Shown here: piece after piece, positions 10,485 through 21,152 of the stretch
Numbering within the stretch: position 1 is the first letter of the stretch
Layout of the letters: every line of letters starts with the position of its first letter
From: an uncultured delta proteobacterium
Lineage (GTDB): Bacteria > Bdellovibrionota > FAC87 > UBA2466
NCBI GenBank assembly: GCA_963778115.1
Contig: CAVZSV010000004.1
Span: 832,001-896,000, forward strand
DNA: 64,000 bases
Direction: 5' to 3'
Translations under genes and position numbers: made by a program
Notes under the pieces: model-generated
Databases searched by the model: none
Seen by the model: only the letters and a program-made list of their open reading frames with translations
What the model was told of the DNA's origin: nothing

Positions 10485-11257
10485 GAATACCGGATACGTT
10501 ATGGGGGATTCAATGCGTTTGGACTCGTTACTTCGATGTTTTTAGAAAGAACATCCTTTACGCCATCGTCATCACCTTTACGGAACCTATTCTTTACTTA
10601 TTGGCGTTTGGTTACGGTTTGGGTTCGCTCATCGGAACGGTCAACGTTCCGGGACACGTGGTCACCTACCGCCAATTCATTTATGCTGGGATCGTCGCTC
10701 AAGCGACTTTGTTCCAGGGATTTTTTGATGCGGCTTACGGTAGCTTTATCCGCATGTACTACCAAAAGATTTTTAAAGCGATGGCCTCAACCCCCATTAC
10801 ACTTTCCGAAGTGTTATGGGGCGAACTATTGTGGGATGCCTCCAAAGCAACTTTTTCGTCGTCCATCGTGCTCCTGATAGGAACGTTAAGTGGTGATTTC
10901 AACGCCTGGGGAGCCCTTGCCTGTATTCCCATTTGCTTTGTCGGAGCGCTTCTTTTTTCTGGTTTCGGACTTTGGACCTCGGCATTGGCAAAAACGATAG
11001 ATCAGATCAACTACCCTCAATATCTGATTATCTTTCCCATGTTTCTTTTCTGCGGGGTCTACTTCCCACTTCAGCAGCTGCCGAAAGCCGCAATCGCCGT
11101 CGCATGGTTTTTCCCCTTAACCTCATTAGTCTCGGTCATTCGATCGCTGACGCTGAACCTACCCTTCGCTCCCCAAGCATTTCCAATCCTGGTAGCGTGG
11201 CTTCTATTTTTTGTACTGGGCTCCCGACGAGCCATGAGCCGCCGGTTAATAAAATAG
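10481..11257 (+). CDS. ABC-2 exporter permease (NodJ-like)
   Basis: Six hydrophobic segments, PMFLFCGVYFP, ATGA overlap with the ATPase gene. Confidence 0.9.
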   Translation: MRIPDTLWGIQCVWTRYFDVFRKNILYAIVITFTEPILYLLAFGYGLGSLIGTVNVPGHVVTYRQFIYAGIVAQATLFQGFFDAAYGSFIRMYYQKIFKAMASTPITLSEVLWGELLWDASKATFSSSIVLLIGTLSGDFNAWGALACIPICFVGALLFSGFGLWTSALAKTIDQINYPQYLIIFPMFLFCGVYFPLQQLPKAAIAVAWFFPLTSLVSVIRSLTLNLPFAPQAFPILVAWLLFFVLGSRRAMSRRLIK

Positions 11258-11268
11258 AGGTCTCCTCT

Positions 11269-11375
11269 GTCATTTCGAGGAGCAGCAGCGACTTGTCCCG
11301 CATAGCCGCGGGCGAAGCGGGAAGCGACTCGACGACCTGTCCGGCAGTAGCCTTGGCGAAGCAAGACGCAATGTC
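11269..11375. repeat. REP-like extragenic palindromic composite
   Basis: GTCATTTCGAGGAGC...GCGAC scaffold with two related units, TGTCCCGCATAGCCGCGGGCGAAGC and TGTCCGGCAGTAGCCTTGGCGAAGC, between convergent genes. Confidence 0.5.
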
Positions 11376-11414
11376 ATCGAAAAAGTACCCCTGGGTAGAT
11401 CTCTTACGTCACCG

Positions 11415-12428
11415 CTAACTTACCATCTTAGCCACAGCCTTTACCCATACGTCCGTGGAATTTAAGGACGGCACGAGTGTCAAATCCTCTCCCCCGGCCT
11501 TCCGAAATTGGTCAAGCCCCCGAATAGCCACCTCTTCGAGAGTCTCCAAACAATCGGCTACAAAGGAGGGGCACAGAACCAAGAGTCTTTTAATTCCTCT
11601 ACTAGGAAGCGTTTCATAAAAGTGATCCGTATACGGTTTTATCCAGGGGGTTCTGCCAAGGCGTGACTGAAAGCAGACGGAGTATCGTAGCGGATTAATA
11701 TTGAGCCTCTGCGCAAGTAGCCGAGCTGTCGTGAAACATTGGTAGCGATAGCAATTCTCATTGGCCTTCACCGACATGTCACAACAGATATCCGACGTAA
11801 GACAGTGGGACCCGGTCAAATCCGTCTTTTTGATCTGGCGCTCGGGAAGACCGTGAAAACTAAACAGAACCAGATCGAAAGGCTTTTTCTTAACGAAGGG
11901 AGCGCTCACTTCCGTCACAGCATTGAGATACTCTTGAGAATCATAAAAAGCGGGCAAATACCTAGTCTCACCGGTCCATTTTCGAAGTTCGAGAATCTCC
12001 CTAACTCTTGCCACCGAAGATTCGGTCGCCGCCAAAGAATATTGGGGATACAGAGGGAATACGGTCAGTCTTTCTATTCCCTGAGCCAAAAGTTTATCGA
12101 TGGAAGACTCAAGGCTTGGATTTCCATAGCGCATCGCGATTTCTAACGGAGTTTCAGCCCCTAGTAACTCCGCTACTTTTTTCCCAAGTTCCTTAGTGTG
12201 GACAAGCAGTGGGGAGCCAGCTTCGGTCCAGATCTTTTGATAGAGCCTTGCGGAAGCGGTGCCCCTTTTCGGCACAATCGCAACATTCACGAGAAGCCAG
12301 CGAGCCCACGCTGAAATATCGACTACATAGGGATCCATCAGAAACTCTCTGAGATAGCTACCAACATCCTTGGGTTGGGGGCTATCTGGAGTTCCTAAAT
12401 TAACTAATAAGACGCCATTTTTTTTCAC
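11415..12428 (-). CDS. hemH: ferrochelatase
   Basis: GVLLVNLGTP, PLYPQYS, FSFHGLP and SFVADCLETLEE. Start uncertain: GTG 12428, ORF extends to 12491. Confidence 0.95.
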   Translation of the reverse strand: MKKNGVLLVNLGTPDSPQPKDVGSYLREFLMDPYVVDISAWARWLLVNVAIVPKRGTASARLYQKIWTEAGSPLLVHTKELGKKVAELLGAETPLEIAMRYGNPSLESSIDKLLAQGIERLTVFPLYPQYSLAATESSVARVREILELRKWTGETRYLPAFYDSQEYLNAVTEVSAPFVKKKPFDLVLFSFHGLPERQIKKTDLTGSHCLTSDICCDMSVKANENCYRYQCFTTARLLAQRLNINPLRYSVCFQSRLGRTPWIKPYTDHFYETLPSRGIKRLLVLCPSFVADCLETLEEVAIRGLDQFRKAGGEDLTLVPSLNSTDVWVKAVAKMVS

Positions 12429-12601
12429 TAAAGGTTTCGTGACAAGAATTGTCAGGGCTGTCAACGAGATAAAAGTCAGTTTTGCGTACACACCGAGTTT
12501 CTGTGCTCAAATTCGTTGGCCTCAGGTTTGCTTTATATTCTTTCCGGGAGAGGGAGGCGTATGTTTAGGGCCTTCTTAAATAAAGGAGAATGGGGATTTC
12601 T

Positions 12602-12808
12602 ATGAGGACCTTATTCGCAGGTATTATTCTAGTTATAACGCTGTTGCTTAGTGGCTGTGGAAATAGCTGCCCGACCGGATACATCAATTCCAACGGAAGT
12701 TGCATTGCATCTTCTCCGTATGGTTATGGCGGATACAGCCAACCGACTTACGGCGGTGGTTACTACGGAAGCGGATATAATCCGTACAGTCCGTACGGTG
12801 GACACTAA
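12602..12808 (+). CDS. small Tyr/Gly-rich lipoprotein
   Basis: Lipobox LSGC, CPTGYINSNGSC, YG-rich tail. Confidence 0.7.
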   Translation: MRTLFAGIILVITLLLSGCGNSCPTGYINSNGSCIASSPYGYGGYSQPTYGGGYYGSGYNPYSPYGGH

Positions 12809-13524
12809 TCCGATTCGCGGTCAGCTAGCTTTTGGAGTTCGGCCTTCTTTGAGTTGAATTGCTTAAGGGATATTTCGAACTCCTTACGGTGTTCTACCCA
12901 TGTCGAGAGATCTTTTTTCACTTGAGATTTCTTCTCTTCGATTTGGATGAGGTTATCCTTAAGCTCACCTACAAGCTCGTTGACCCGTCTGATTTTGGGA
13001 ACCGCGTCAGCTTTCCAATCCAAAAGCGAAGTTTTATCTTCGGCGAGTTTCTCGGCGTCGTAAATTTTATCGCCTTTGGTGGAAGTGCTTTTCTTAGCTG
13101 CTGCGGCATTTTCACGTTCGTATTTAGCTATTTTCTGAAGCTCCGTTTCTGTCTTGGCCAACTTCTTGTTAGCGTCAGCGAGGTAGGTCTGGTATTGGTT
13201 TTGGAGATCTTCATGCTCTTTTTGCAGAGAGCTTATATCGGCTAGTTCGGCTTGAAGTGTCTTTAGATTCCTGTCCGCAATCTCTATATTGGATTGCACT
13301 TCCTTGGCATTCTGAGTCAGCGTTTCTATATTTTTCTTAAGGCGTTGAAGTCCTGAAGCGCTTAAATGGGGCTGAAGTTTGCCCCCGGGAGTGCTATCGA
13401 GTTCCGCGTCTTCTTTGGTGTTGGTCGCGGCTATTGCCCGAGTCGCCAAAGGCAAGCTGAGTAGCAACACCACACCCGCCATTATATATCGCGTCAAAAC
13501 GGTACGCCCGATTCGATTCGTCAT
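12805..13524 (-). CDS. secreted coiled-coil hypothetical protein
   Basis: Signal-like segment, then heptad-rich K/E/L/Q sequence. Confidence 0.7.
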   Translation of the reverse strand: MTNRIGRTVLTRYIMAGVVLLLSLPLATRAIAATNTKEDAELDSTPGGKLQPHLSASGLQRLKKNIETLTQNAKEVQSNIEIADRNLKTLQAELADISSLQKEHEDLQNQYQTYLADANKKLAKTETELQKIAKYERENAAAAKKSTSTKGDKIYDAEKLAEDKTSLLDWKADAVPKIRRVNELVGELKDNLIQIEEKKSQVKKDLSTWVEHRKEFEISLKQFNSKKAELQKLADRESD

Positions 13525-13544
13525 GCTTCTATTTTAACGTAATT

Positions 13545-14171
13545 CTAAGAGCGAGATGGCAATTTTGACTTGAGCCGACTGAGAACCTCACCCGACATCC
13601 ATTCCTGTGGGCCCAACCATTTATAGAGCACCTGACCGCTACTATCGACCCAGTAGGTTTCCGGAAACCGAACGGTTCCCACAGATGTCGAGAACTCTCC
13701 GCTTCTATCCCAGAGAATCGGAAGCGAAGACTTAAAGTCCAAAGTTTCAAAGGTCGGTCCTACCGTGTCTAAAGTGTCGTCCACAAGAATCGTGATAAGC
13801 CGGACCTTACTGGCACTGGACTTTGCACTTTCTAATTGCCGGTTTAAAAATTCAAGCGAGGGCAGCTCTTGAATACACGGTGCACACCATGTCGCCCAAA
13901 AATTTATGATGAGCATGCCTTCTTTAGACGGCAGAAGAGACGCCAACGTGACGGGTGCCCCTTTTTTTGTGGCGACCCCCTTGCCAGCGGTAAGCAGAGG
14001 CAATTTCATGTCGAGGGGAATACGGTTCACTGCCGCGGTAGGCAATTCAGGCGCATTGACTTCAAAAGTGGTTTTACGTAGAACACCAGGTAACCAAGCG
14101 AGCAGGCCTAAAATAAGAAAGACGGTGGTTAAGCATCCGGCCGCGATGACGCTAGATTTGCGAAGAGCCAC
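13545..14171 (-). CDS. TlpA/ResA-family thiol-disulfide oxidoreductase
   Basis: N-terminal TM segment, INFWATWCAPC, FPETY. Confidence 0.92.
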   Translation of the reverse strand: MALRKSSVIAAGCLTTVFLILGLLAWLPGVLRKTTFEVNAPELPTAAVNRIPLDMKLPLLTAGKGVATKKGAPVTLASLLPSKEGMLIINFWATWCAPCIQELPSLEFLNRQLESAKSSASKVRLITILVDDTLDTVGPTFETLDFKSSLPILWDRSGEFSTSVGTVRFPETYWVDSSGQVLYKWLGPQEWMSGEVLSRLKSKLPSRS

Positions 14172-14243
14172 GTGCGATTAGCCTTCTATCTGAAGTTGCT
14201 GAAAGTTGGCTCAGTCTCAAAGACGTTAGTAAAGAAGGCCTGA

Positions 14244-14828
14244 TTAACCTTCTTTATCCTTTTTCTTGGACTTGCTACCGGCCTTATCTTCTACTTTATC
14301 GACCGGCTTGTCAGAAACCTTTTTCTCTTTAGGCTTCTTGCTAGAAGTCTCAGAAGACGCTTCTACCTTCTTCTTGCTATCTGATTTGGCCGATTTCTTG
14401 GCCTTAGCGTCTTTGTCCTTCTTGGAGGACTTTTCGGTCACTTCAGGAATATAACGAATGACGCACATCTCGGCGTTATCGCCGGGACGGTTTTTAGCCA
14501 GACGAAGAATTTGGGTATATCCCCCTGGGCGGTCCTTAAATCGAGGAACCAGATTGGAATAGACTCGCTCAATAGCCGATCGCACACGATTCGTTCCGTT
14601 ATGGGTTTCCGTACTTCCCAATAGGCTAATGATCCGGCGACGAGAATGAACGTCTCCGTATTTTGCCAAAGTCACGATGCGTTCTGCATACCAACGAAGT
14701 TCTTTGGCTCGAGCCGGAGTGGTACGAATCGCGTCGCGCTCAATAATGGCGATCGCCAAATTACGCAAAAGTGCTTTGCGATGAGGCGAACTAACTCCGA
14801 GCTTTCTGCCTGTTTGAAAGTGATTCAT
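14244..14828 (-). CDS. rplQ: 50S ribosomal protein L17 with Lys-rich C-terminal tail
   Basis: HRKALLRNL, RPGGYTQIL. Confidence 0.97.
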   Translation of the reverse strand: MNHFQTGRKLGVSSPHRKALLRNLAIAIIERDAIRTTPARAKELRWYAERIVTLAKYGDVHSRRRIISLLGSTETHNGTNRVRSAIERVYSNLVPRFKDRPGGYTQILRLAKNRPGDNAEMCVIRYIPEVTEKSSKKDKDAKAKKSAKSDSKKKVEASSETSSKKPKEKKVSDKPVDKVEDKAGSKSKKKDKEG

Positions 14829-14862
14829 AGCAAGTAATTCCCACGAAAATAATTCGACTGAC

Positions 14863-15903
14863 CTAGTTCAGGGTATCCGAACCATCCTTCTTCTTCTTCT
14901 GTGCAAAATAATTTTCGGGATCGAAGTTCTCAACTTTTACGCCGAAACCCAGTCCCATCTCTGTCAAAATTTCTTTGATTTCATTGAGAGACTTGCGACC
15001 AAAGTTCTTGGTCTTGAGCATCTCGGCTTCCGTTTTCTGCACCAACTCACCGATATACTTTATTCCAGCATTCTGTAAGCAGTTGGCCGAACGAACCGAG
15101 AGTTCGAGTTCGTCCACCGTGCGATAGAGATTTTCGTTAATCTTCTCTTTCTCTACCACCGGCTCAGGAATTTCGGGCTCGAGCGTCTCATCAAAGTTGA
15201 TGAAGATGTTCAGCTGATCCTTCAAAATTTTGGAACTATAAGCCACAGCGTCTTCTGGCCGAACCGAACCGTCCGTCCAAACTTCCAGCTCTAGTTTGTC
15301 ATAGTCAGTGCGCTGTCCGACGCGAGCATGACCGACCATGAAATTAACTTTGCGAATAGGAGAGAAGAAAGCGTCGATCGGAATCACACCCGCCGCTAAG
15401 TCTTCGCGGCGAAGGTTTTCAGACGACACATATCCTTTACCGTACTCCAAACGAAGCTCAGCGCGGAATTTACCTTCTTTCCCAAGATTGCAAATGACTT
15501 GATCTGGATTCAACACTTCGACCGTGTCATCGACTTGAATGTCGCTCGCAGTCACTACACCGGGTCCTTTTTTCTCCACGGTAACGGTTTTTGGACCTTC
15601 CACATAGAGCTTAAACCGAACCTCTTTGAGATTCAAAATGATATCGGCTACATCTTCCATGGCGTCTGGAATCGTCGAGAACTCGTGAAGAACTCCATCA
15701 ATTCGAACCGCCGTAATCGCCACACCTTGTAATGAGGACAGCAAAATCCGCCGAAGTCCATTTCCAATCGTGGTGCCGTATCCTCGTTCGAGCGGCTTAG
15801 CGATAAATTTCCCGTAGTTGTCCGTGAGGCTATCGCGTTCAATCTCTAGACCTTTGGGTTTAATCAAACTACGCCAGTTTTTTGGGGCAAGCGTTATATC
15901 CAT
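14863..15903 (-). CDS. rpoA: RNA polymerase subunit alpha
   Basis: [44 protein letters not shown]. Confidence 0.98.
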   Translation of the reverse strand: MDITLAPKNWRSLIKPKGLEIERDSLTDNYGKFIAKPLERGYGTTIGNGLRRILLSSLQGVAITAVRIDGVLHEFSTIPDAMEDVADIILNLKEVRFKLYVEGPKTVTVEKKGPGVVTASDIQVDDTVEVLNPDQVICNLGKEGKFRAELRLEYGKGYVSSENLRREDLAAGVIPIDAFFSPIRKVNFMVGHARVGQRTDYDKLELEVWTDGSVRPEDAVAYSSKILKDQLNIFINFDETLEPEIPEPVVEKEKINENLYRTVDELELSVRSANCLQNAGIKYIGELVQKTEAEMLKTKNFGRKSLNEIKEILTEMGLGFGVKVENFDPENYFAQKKKKDGSDTLN

Positions 15904-15916
15904 CGTTTTCGTTCCT

Positions 15917-16546
15917 TTATCTGGAGTACAGCTCCACAACTAAATTTTCTTCGATCGGAACCGTAATGTGATTCCGCTCTGGCAAATACTTCACGCTTCC
16001 CCTTAAACTCAGCCGCATTCAGTTCAACCCAATCCGGTGTCTCCCGTTTCTTTACATTTTCCATCGCACGAAAAATAGGGACTGCCTTTTGGCTCTTCGG
16101 CCGGACGCTGATTTCGTCATTAACTCGAAGAAGATAATTCGGAATATTGACAGGCTTTCCATTCACCAGAAAATGCGGAGTGAAGGACGAGCTGGCGTGC
16201 TTCTTTCCGGCTGTCGGCAAAACCAATTCGGTAGACTACGTTATCCAAACGGATTTCACACGACGAAGAGATTGAGACCGGTGGCCCCTTTTGCCGTTCG
16301 GCGACTTCAAAATATCTTTGAAACTGCCGCTCCAATACCCCATAAAGACGCTTCACCTTTTGCTTCTCCCGCAATTGCAAACCGTAATCGGAAAGCTTGG
16401 TCCGACGTTGCCCATGTTGTCCTGGAGGATAGGCACGACGCTCGAAACGCGCACTTGTCGCTAAAACAGCTGTCGCCCTTGAAGGAAAAAGTTTCATGTT
16501 TTCACGACGGCAAAACTTACAAACCGATGAAGTACGATCTAGCCAA
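15917..16546 (-). CDS. rpsD: 30S ribosomal protein S4 (frameshifted in this sequence)
   Basis: Fragments [10 protein letters not shown]...[22 protein letters not shown] and VNGKPVNIP spread over several frames. Confidence 0.9.
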
Positions 16547-16560
16547 AGATAAACTCCTAA

Positions 16561-16990
16561 CTAAACACGCCGACGTTTCGGCGGGCGGCATCCATTGTGA
16601 GGAATGGGCGTGATGTCCCGAATGAACGTAATTTTAAGTCCCGCAACCTGAAGACCGCGTAACGCCGTCTCTCTTCCGGCTCCGGGGCCATTTACGAAAA
16701 CCGAAAGCGATTTCACACCTTGGTCTACCGCAAGCCGCGCCGCATCTTCCGCGGCTACTTGGGCTGCAAACGGAGTGCTTTTGCGAGCCCCTTAAATCCT
16801 TTTCGTCCCGCCGAAGACCAACAGATCACATTTCCCTGGGGATCTGAGATGGTGACAATCGTGTTGTTAAAAGAGCTTTGAATGAAAGCAACTCCCGCAG
16901 GGATTTCTCTCCTGGCCTTTTTCTTCTTCTTAGCTCTTTTTTCTCAGGTTCTTTCTTTTCCGCCTCGACAGGCTTCGTTTCAGTGGCCAT
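16561..16990 (-). CDS. rpsK: 30S ribosomal protein S11 (frameshifted)
   Basis: [34 protein letters not shown] and [18 protein letters not shown] read by hand. Confidence 0.9.
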
Positions 16991-17010
16991 CCTAAATCAG
17001 GCTCCCTTGT

Positions 17011-17401
17011 CTATTTCATAACCTTAAGCTGTTTACGAACCGCAACCGTTTTGCGGGGTCCCTTACGCGTTCTCGCGTTGGTGTGTGTCCGTTGACCTCT
17101 ACCAGGCAGGTTTTTCCTGTGGCGAATCCTCGATAGGTTCCCAAATCCATCAGGCGCTTAATGTTCATCGAAATGGTTCGACGCAAGCTCGCCTTCCACC
17201 GGCAAAACTTCTTCTCGATGAATTCGCGAATCTCATCGATTTCGTCTTCACCTAACTGATCACGTCTTGCTGATTCGGATCCAGCATCGGTCGTGACGAG
17301 AATACGATTTCGCCCGGCTTCGGCCTATTCCAAATATATAGGTCAGCCCGACTTCAATTCGTTTATTCCTTGGGGAGATCTACTCCGGCAATTCGAGCCA
17401 C
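17011..17401 (-). CDS. rpsM: 30S ribosomal protein S13 (frameshifted)
   Basis: (M)ARIAGVDLP start; [23 protein letters not shown] near the end. Confidence 0.9.
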
Positions 17402-17407
17402 TTCTGT

Positions 17408-17522
17408 TTACCCCTGTCTCTGCTTATGACGAGGATCTTCACACGATCACTCGGACCACGCCACCTCGCCTAAATATCCGACATTTATTGCAAATTTTCT
17501 TAACTGAAGCTCTGACTTTCAC
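17408..17522 (-). CDS. rpmJ: 50S ribosomal protein L36 (1-nt insertion)
   Basis: (M)[36 protein letters not shown]. Confidence 0.9.
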
Positions 17523-17690
17523 GACGCCACCCTAAAATAAAAATCCTATTTAGGACAATTCCCAATAAGTTGTCAATTCCATTGCTTAAAGCCCAACGAC
17601 ACTAACTGATCTTTTTCGGGAGCGCAATCCGCCTTTTCCCCTTTTTTCGCGCTTTTTTTGCCCTCTCCGGGCCCCCTAAAATCCACTTGA

Positions 17691-17909
17691 CTACTTCGAC
17701 CGGTAGGTGATTCTGCCCCGGTTAAGATCATAGGGGGAGAGCTCTACCGTCACCTTGTCGCCCGGCAAGATTCGGATGTAATTCATGCGCATCTTGCCTG
17801 AGATATGGGCCAGTATCACTTTCTTGTTAGGTAACTCCACGCGGAACATCGCGTTGGGGAGTGGTTCAACCACCGTTCCTTCGACTTGTATGAGGTCTTC
17901 TTTAGCCAT
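17691..17909 (-). CDS. infA: translation initiation factor IF-1
   Basis: [11 protein letters not shown]...[17 protein letters not shown]. Confidence 0.98.
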   Translation of the reverse strand: MAKEDLIQVEGTVVEPLPNAMFRVELPNKKVILAHISGKMRMNYIRILPGDKVTVELSPYDLNRGRITYRSK

Positions 17910-17917
17910 ACCCTTTC

Positions 17918-18706
17918 CTATTTCAGATGCCCGCTTAGCACGCTTCGATATTCCTGCGCATCCCAGTCGGTGAGAATTTCAGCGTCTCCCTCCGTGATGG
18001 CAAGAGAATGCTCGAAGTGTGCTGACAACTTGCCATCCGTGGTGACGGCAGTCCATTTGTCTCCCAGCACTTTGACGCTGGGAGTTCCCAGATTAATCAT
18101 GGGCTCGATACAAATCGTCATCCCAGCGCGCAATTTCAAATTCGACGCACCGGCCTCATAGTTAGGAATCTGAGGATCTTCGTGAAGCTTCTCTCCGATT
18201 CCGTGTCCCACAAACTCTCTGACCACACCGTATCCGAAAGGCTTTACGGTTCCCTCGACGGCGCGCGCGATGTCTTTTAATGTATTTCCAGCACGTGCTG
18301 CCGCAATTCCCGCATAAAGGGAATCGACCGTCGCTTTCATGAGAGATCTCGCCTCGTCGGAAACTTTGCCAATAGGAACTGTGATGGCACTGTCTCCATA
18401 GAAACCTTCGTATACCAAACCAAAATCCAATCCCACAATATCGCCTTCGACAAGTTTGCGAGACGAAGGAATTCCGTGAACCACTTGCTCATTCACCGAA
18501 GTACAAAGCGTATGTCGATAGCCCATGTAACCTTTGAACGCAGGCTTCGCCCCGAAAGAGAGCGTCATCTTTTCCGCTTCCTGATCGAGGTCTTCCAAGG
18601 TGACCCCCACTTGAGCGCATTGGTACAGATGCTTAAGAACCTTCGCCACGAGCTTCCCCGATTTTCTCATGATCTCTAGCTCGCGTTTTGATTTCACGTG
18701 CAACAT
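17918..18706 (-). CDS. map: methionine aminopeptidase type I
   Basis: [30 protein letters not shown]. Confidence 0.97.
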   Translation of the reverse strand: MLHVKSKRELEIMRKSGKLVAKVLKHLYQCAQVGVTLEDLDQEAEKMTLSFGAKPAFKGYMGYRHTLCTSVNEQVVHGIPSSRKLVEGDIVGLDFGLVYEGFYGDSAITVPIGKVSDEARSLMKATVDSLYAGIAAARAGNTLKDIARAVEGTVKPFGYGVVREFVGHGIGEKLHEDPQIPNYEAGASNLKLRAGMTICIEPMINLGTPSVKVLGDKWTAVTTDGKLSAHFEHSLAITEGDAEILTDWDAQEYRSVLSGHLK

Positions 18707-19341
18707 CAGCTGAGAATTTTCGTTAGCGATTTTTGAACTTGCTCGACAGGAGCGTCTGCGGTGACCTGAGAGAGATTCTTGCGTGCTCGATAGTAATCTA
18801 GAAGCTGACTATTTTGCTGATTGAAAATTTGAAGTCGTCGTGTGACGACGGACTCGTCGTCATCAGCGCGCTGAATAAGTTTGCCGCCGCATTTATCGCA
18901 AATGCCCGATTTTTTTGACGGCAAGAAACTTACATGGAAAGGCTCCCCACACTTTTCACAAATGCGTCGCCCCGTCAGCCTCTCCACCAACATTTTCTCT
19001 GGCATATCAAAATAGAGAGCTTTGTTAACCATCGTATTCTTATTCTCATCGAGAGCTTTCGCTTGGGGAACCGTGCGCGGAAAGCCGTCCAAGATTACTT
19101 TAGCGCCACCTTTAGATTTCGCTAGAACATCAGCGATAAGCTCAATCATGATCGAGTCAGGAACGAGCTCTCCTCTATCGATAAAGCCTTTGGCCCGCTT
19201 ACCGACGTCAGTGCCTTCCTGAATGGCGGCTCGTAGCATGTCACCGGTGGAGAGATGGCGAAAACCCTGACTTTCGGCGAGTCGCTTTGCCTGTGTCCCT
19301 TTTCCCGAACCGGGGGCTCCAAGAAAAACGGTAATATCCAC
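18706..19341 (-). CDS. adk: adenylate kinase
   Basis: GAPGSGKGTQA, LDGFPRT, Zn-lid cysteines. Confidence 0.97.
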   Translation of the reverse strand: MDITVFLGAPGSGKGTQAKRLAESQGFRHLSTGDMLRAAIQEGTDVGKRAKGFIDRGELVPDSIMIELIADVLAKSKGGAKVILDGFPRTVPQAKALDENKNTMVNKALYFDMPEKMLVERLTGRRICEKCGEPFHVSFLPSKKSGICDKCGGKLIQRADDDESVVTRRLQIFNQQNSQLLDYYRARKNLSQVTADAPVEQVQKSLTKILS

Positions 19342-19342
19342 T

Positions 19343-20659
19343 CTATCCTCGACGCCCGCGGAGCTTTGCGCTCTTCATAAAGCCTTCGTAATCGCGAGTC
19401 AGCAAGAACGTCTGAATCTGAGCGACAGTATCCAGGGCAACACCGACCAAAATGAGAAGTGTCGTGCCTCCGAAGAAGAAGGAGACCTTGAATTTATTGA
19501 TAAGGAAATCGGGTAGCAGACAGATAAGTGCAAGGTACAAGGCACCGCCACACGTTATTCTGGTCAAGACTTTATCGATATACTCGGCGGTGCTTTTGCC
19601 CGGGCGGATTCCAGGCACATAGCCGCCATACTTTTTCAAATTCTCAGCAACGTCTTCGGGATTGAAAACCACCGCAGTGTAGAAGAAACAGAAAAAGACA
19701 ATGAGCCCCACATAAAGAGAATAATACAAAGTTCCGCCTCGTTGGATCGTATCTCGAATAAACTCCGCTATGGGGTTAGAAGGTAGCATGGCGACGACAG
19801 TGATGGGTGCTGCCAATAATGAACTCGCAAAGATGGGGGGAATAACACCGCTCGTGTTGATCTTAAGCGGCAAATGGGTGGCCTGCCCCTGGTACATCCG
19901 TCGTCCGACTTGCCTTTTGGCATACTGAACGGGAATGCGACGCTGACCTTGCTCGAGAAAAATGATGATCGCCACAACGAGGATCATGAAAGCGGCCAAG
20001 AAAACCAACATCAAAGGAGAAACCTGACCATCCTTCACCATTTGAAAGGTCTGATTTACCGCGCTGGGAATGCCGGCGGATATACCGGCAAAAATGATAA
20101 GTGAAATGCCGTTACCAATCCCACGCTCGGTGATCTGCTCTCCCAACCACATGATAAAAGAGGTACCTGCGGCGAGTGTCACCATGCTTAGAGCACGAAA
20201 AACTCCGGGATGCGCCAAAATGCCCGTTAGGTTCACCAAACGGTGGTCTTCAACACTGATAAGAACGCCTGTGATTCCAAAGGCCTGGAACATCGCTATG
20301 ACTACCGTGGCATAGCGGGTGTACTGATTAATCTTTTTTCGACCCATCTCGCCTTCTTTTGAAAGGCTGTTTAGGTAGGGCCAAACCACCGTCAAAAGTT
20401 GGAAAATAATCGATGAACTGATGTAGGGCATGATGCCCAGAGCGAAGATGGAAGCATGCTCCAAAGCTCGCCCAGAAAACATGTTCAACATGCTGAAGAG
20501 GGTTCCTTGGCTTTCACCGAAGAACTTCGACAGATTGTCTGTATTGATTCCGGGGACCGGAACGTGACAGCCGACGCGATAGATCGCTAGCATCCCTATG
20601 GTGAAAAGAATCCGGCGCCTTAGCTCCGGGATTTTCGTGAGACCTTCAACGGCTGCCAA
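19343..20659 (-). CDS. secY: preprotein translocase SecY
   Basis: SIFALGIMPYISSSII, GIGNGISLIIF, IRPGKSTAEY. Confidence 0.98.
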   Translation of the reverse strand: MAAVEGLTKIPELRRRILFTIGMLAIYRVGCHVPVPGINTDNLSKFFGESQGTLFSMLNMFSGRALEHASIFALGIMPYISSSIIFQLLTVVWPYLNSLSKEGEMGRKKINQYTRYATVVIAMFQAFGITGVLISVEDHRLVNLTGILAHPGVFRALSMVTLAAGTSFIMWLGEQITERGIGNGISLIIFAGISAGIPSAVNQTFQMVKDGQVSPLMLVFLAAFMILVVAIIIFLEQGQRRIPVQYAKRQVGRRMYQGQATHLPLKINTSGVIPPIFASSLLAAPITVVAMLPSNPIAEFIRDTIQRGGTLYYSLYVGLIVFFCFFYTAVVFNPEDVAENLKKYGGYVPGIRPGKSTAEYIDKVLTRITCGGALYLALICLLPDFLINKFKVSFFFGGTTLLILVGVALDTVAQIQTFLLTRDYEGFMKSAKLRGRRG

Positions 20660-20662
20660 GAG

Positions 20663-21148
20663 TTACTCCTCCGTGCCCTCGCCGGGAAGTTTGATCTCCT
20701 CGATCTGACCGCCGGCTTGATTGATCTTCTGGATGGCTGATTTTGAGAATTTATGGGCCTTAACGATCAGTTTCTTGGTAATTGCACCCTCGCCCAAAAT
20801 TTTTACAAAGCCGCCTTTAGCTCGAACCAAATTCTTTTCAATCAGTTTCTCAAGATCTACAGTTTCGCCGTTTTCAAAAGCGGCGTCCAAAGCGGAAACA
20901 TTGATGACATCAAAGGCTCGTTTAAAGGGGCTCTTGAAGCCAAACTTAGGAATACGACGCCACAAAGGAGACTGACCTCCTTCAAATCCTCGCGGTCGCC
21001 CCTTACCAGCGCGAGCAGTTTGGCCTTTGCCGCCACGACCTGCGGTCTTTCCTAAACCCGAACCCGTTCCACGACCAACGCGAATACGCTCTTTGCGCGA
21101 ACCTTCGGGAGCCTGCAAATTTGCTAACGTTAAAGACTCTTGCGCCAT
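20663..21148 (-). CDS. rplO: 50S ribosomal protein L15
   Basis: RVGRGTGSGLGKTAGRG, GFEGGQ. Confidence 0.97.
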   Translation of the reverse strand: MAQESLTLANLQAPEGSRKERIRVGRGTGSGLGKTAGRGGKGQTARAGKGRPRGFEGGQSPLWRRIPKFGFKSPFKRAFDVINVSALDAAFENGETVDLEKLIEKNLVRAKGGFVKILGEGAITKKLIVKAHKFSKSAIQKINQAGGQIEEIKLPGEGTEE

Positions 21149-21152
21149 TGGA

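Noticed and set aside
10933..11418. 161-aa + strand ORF
   Set aside because: Alternate frame of the permease running through the REP-like gap
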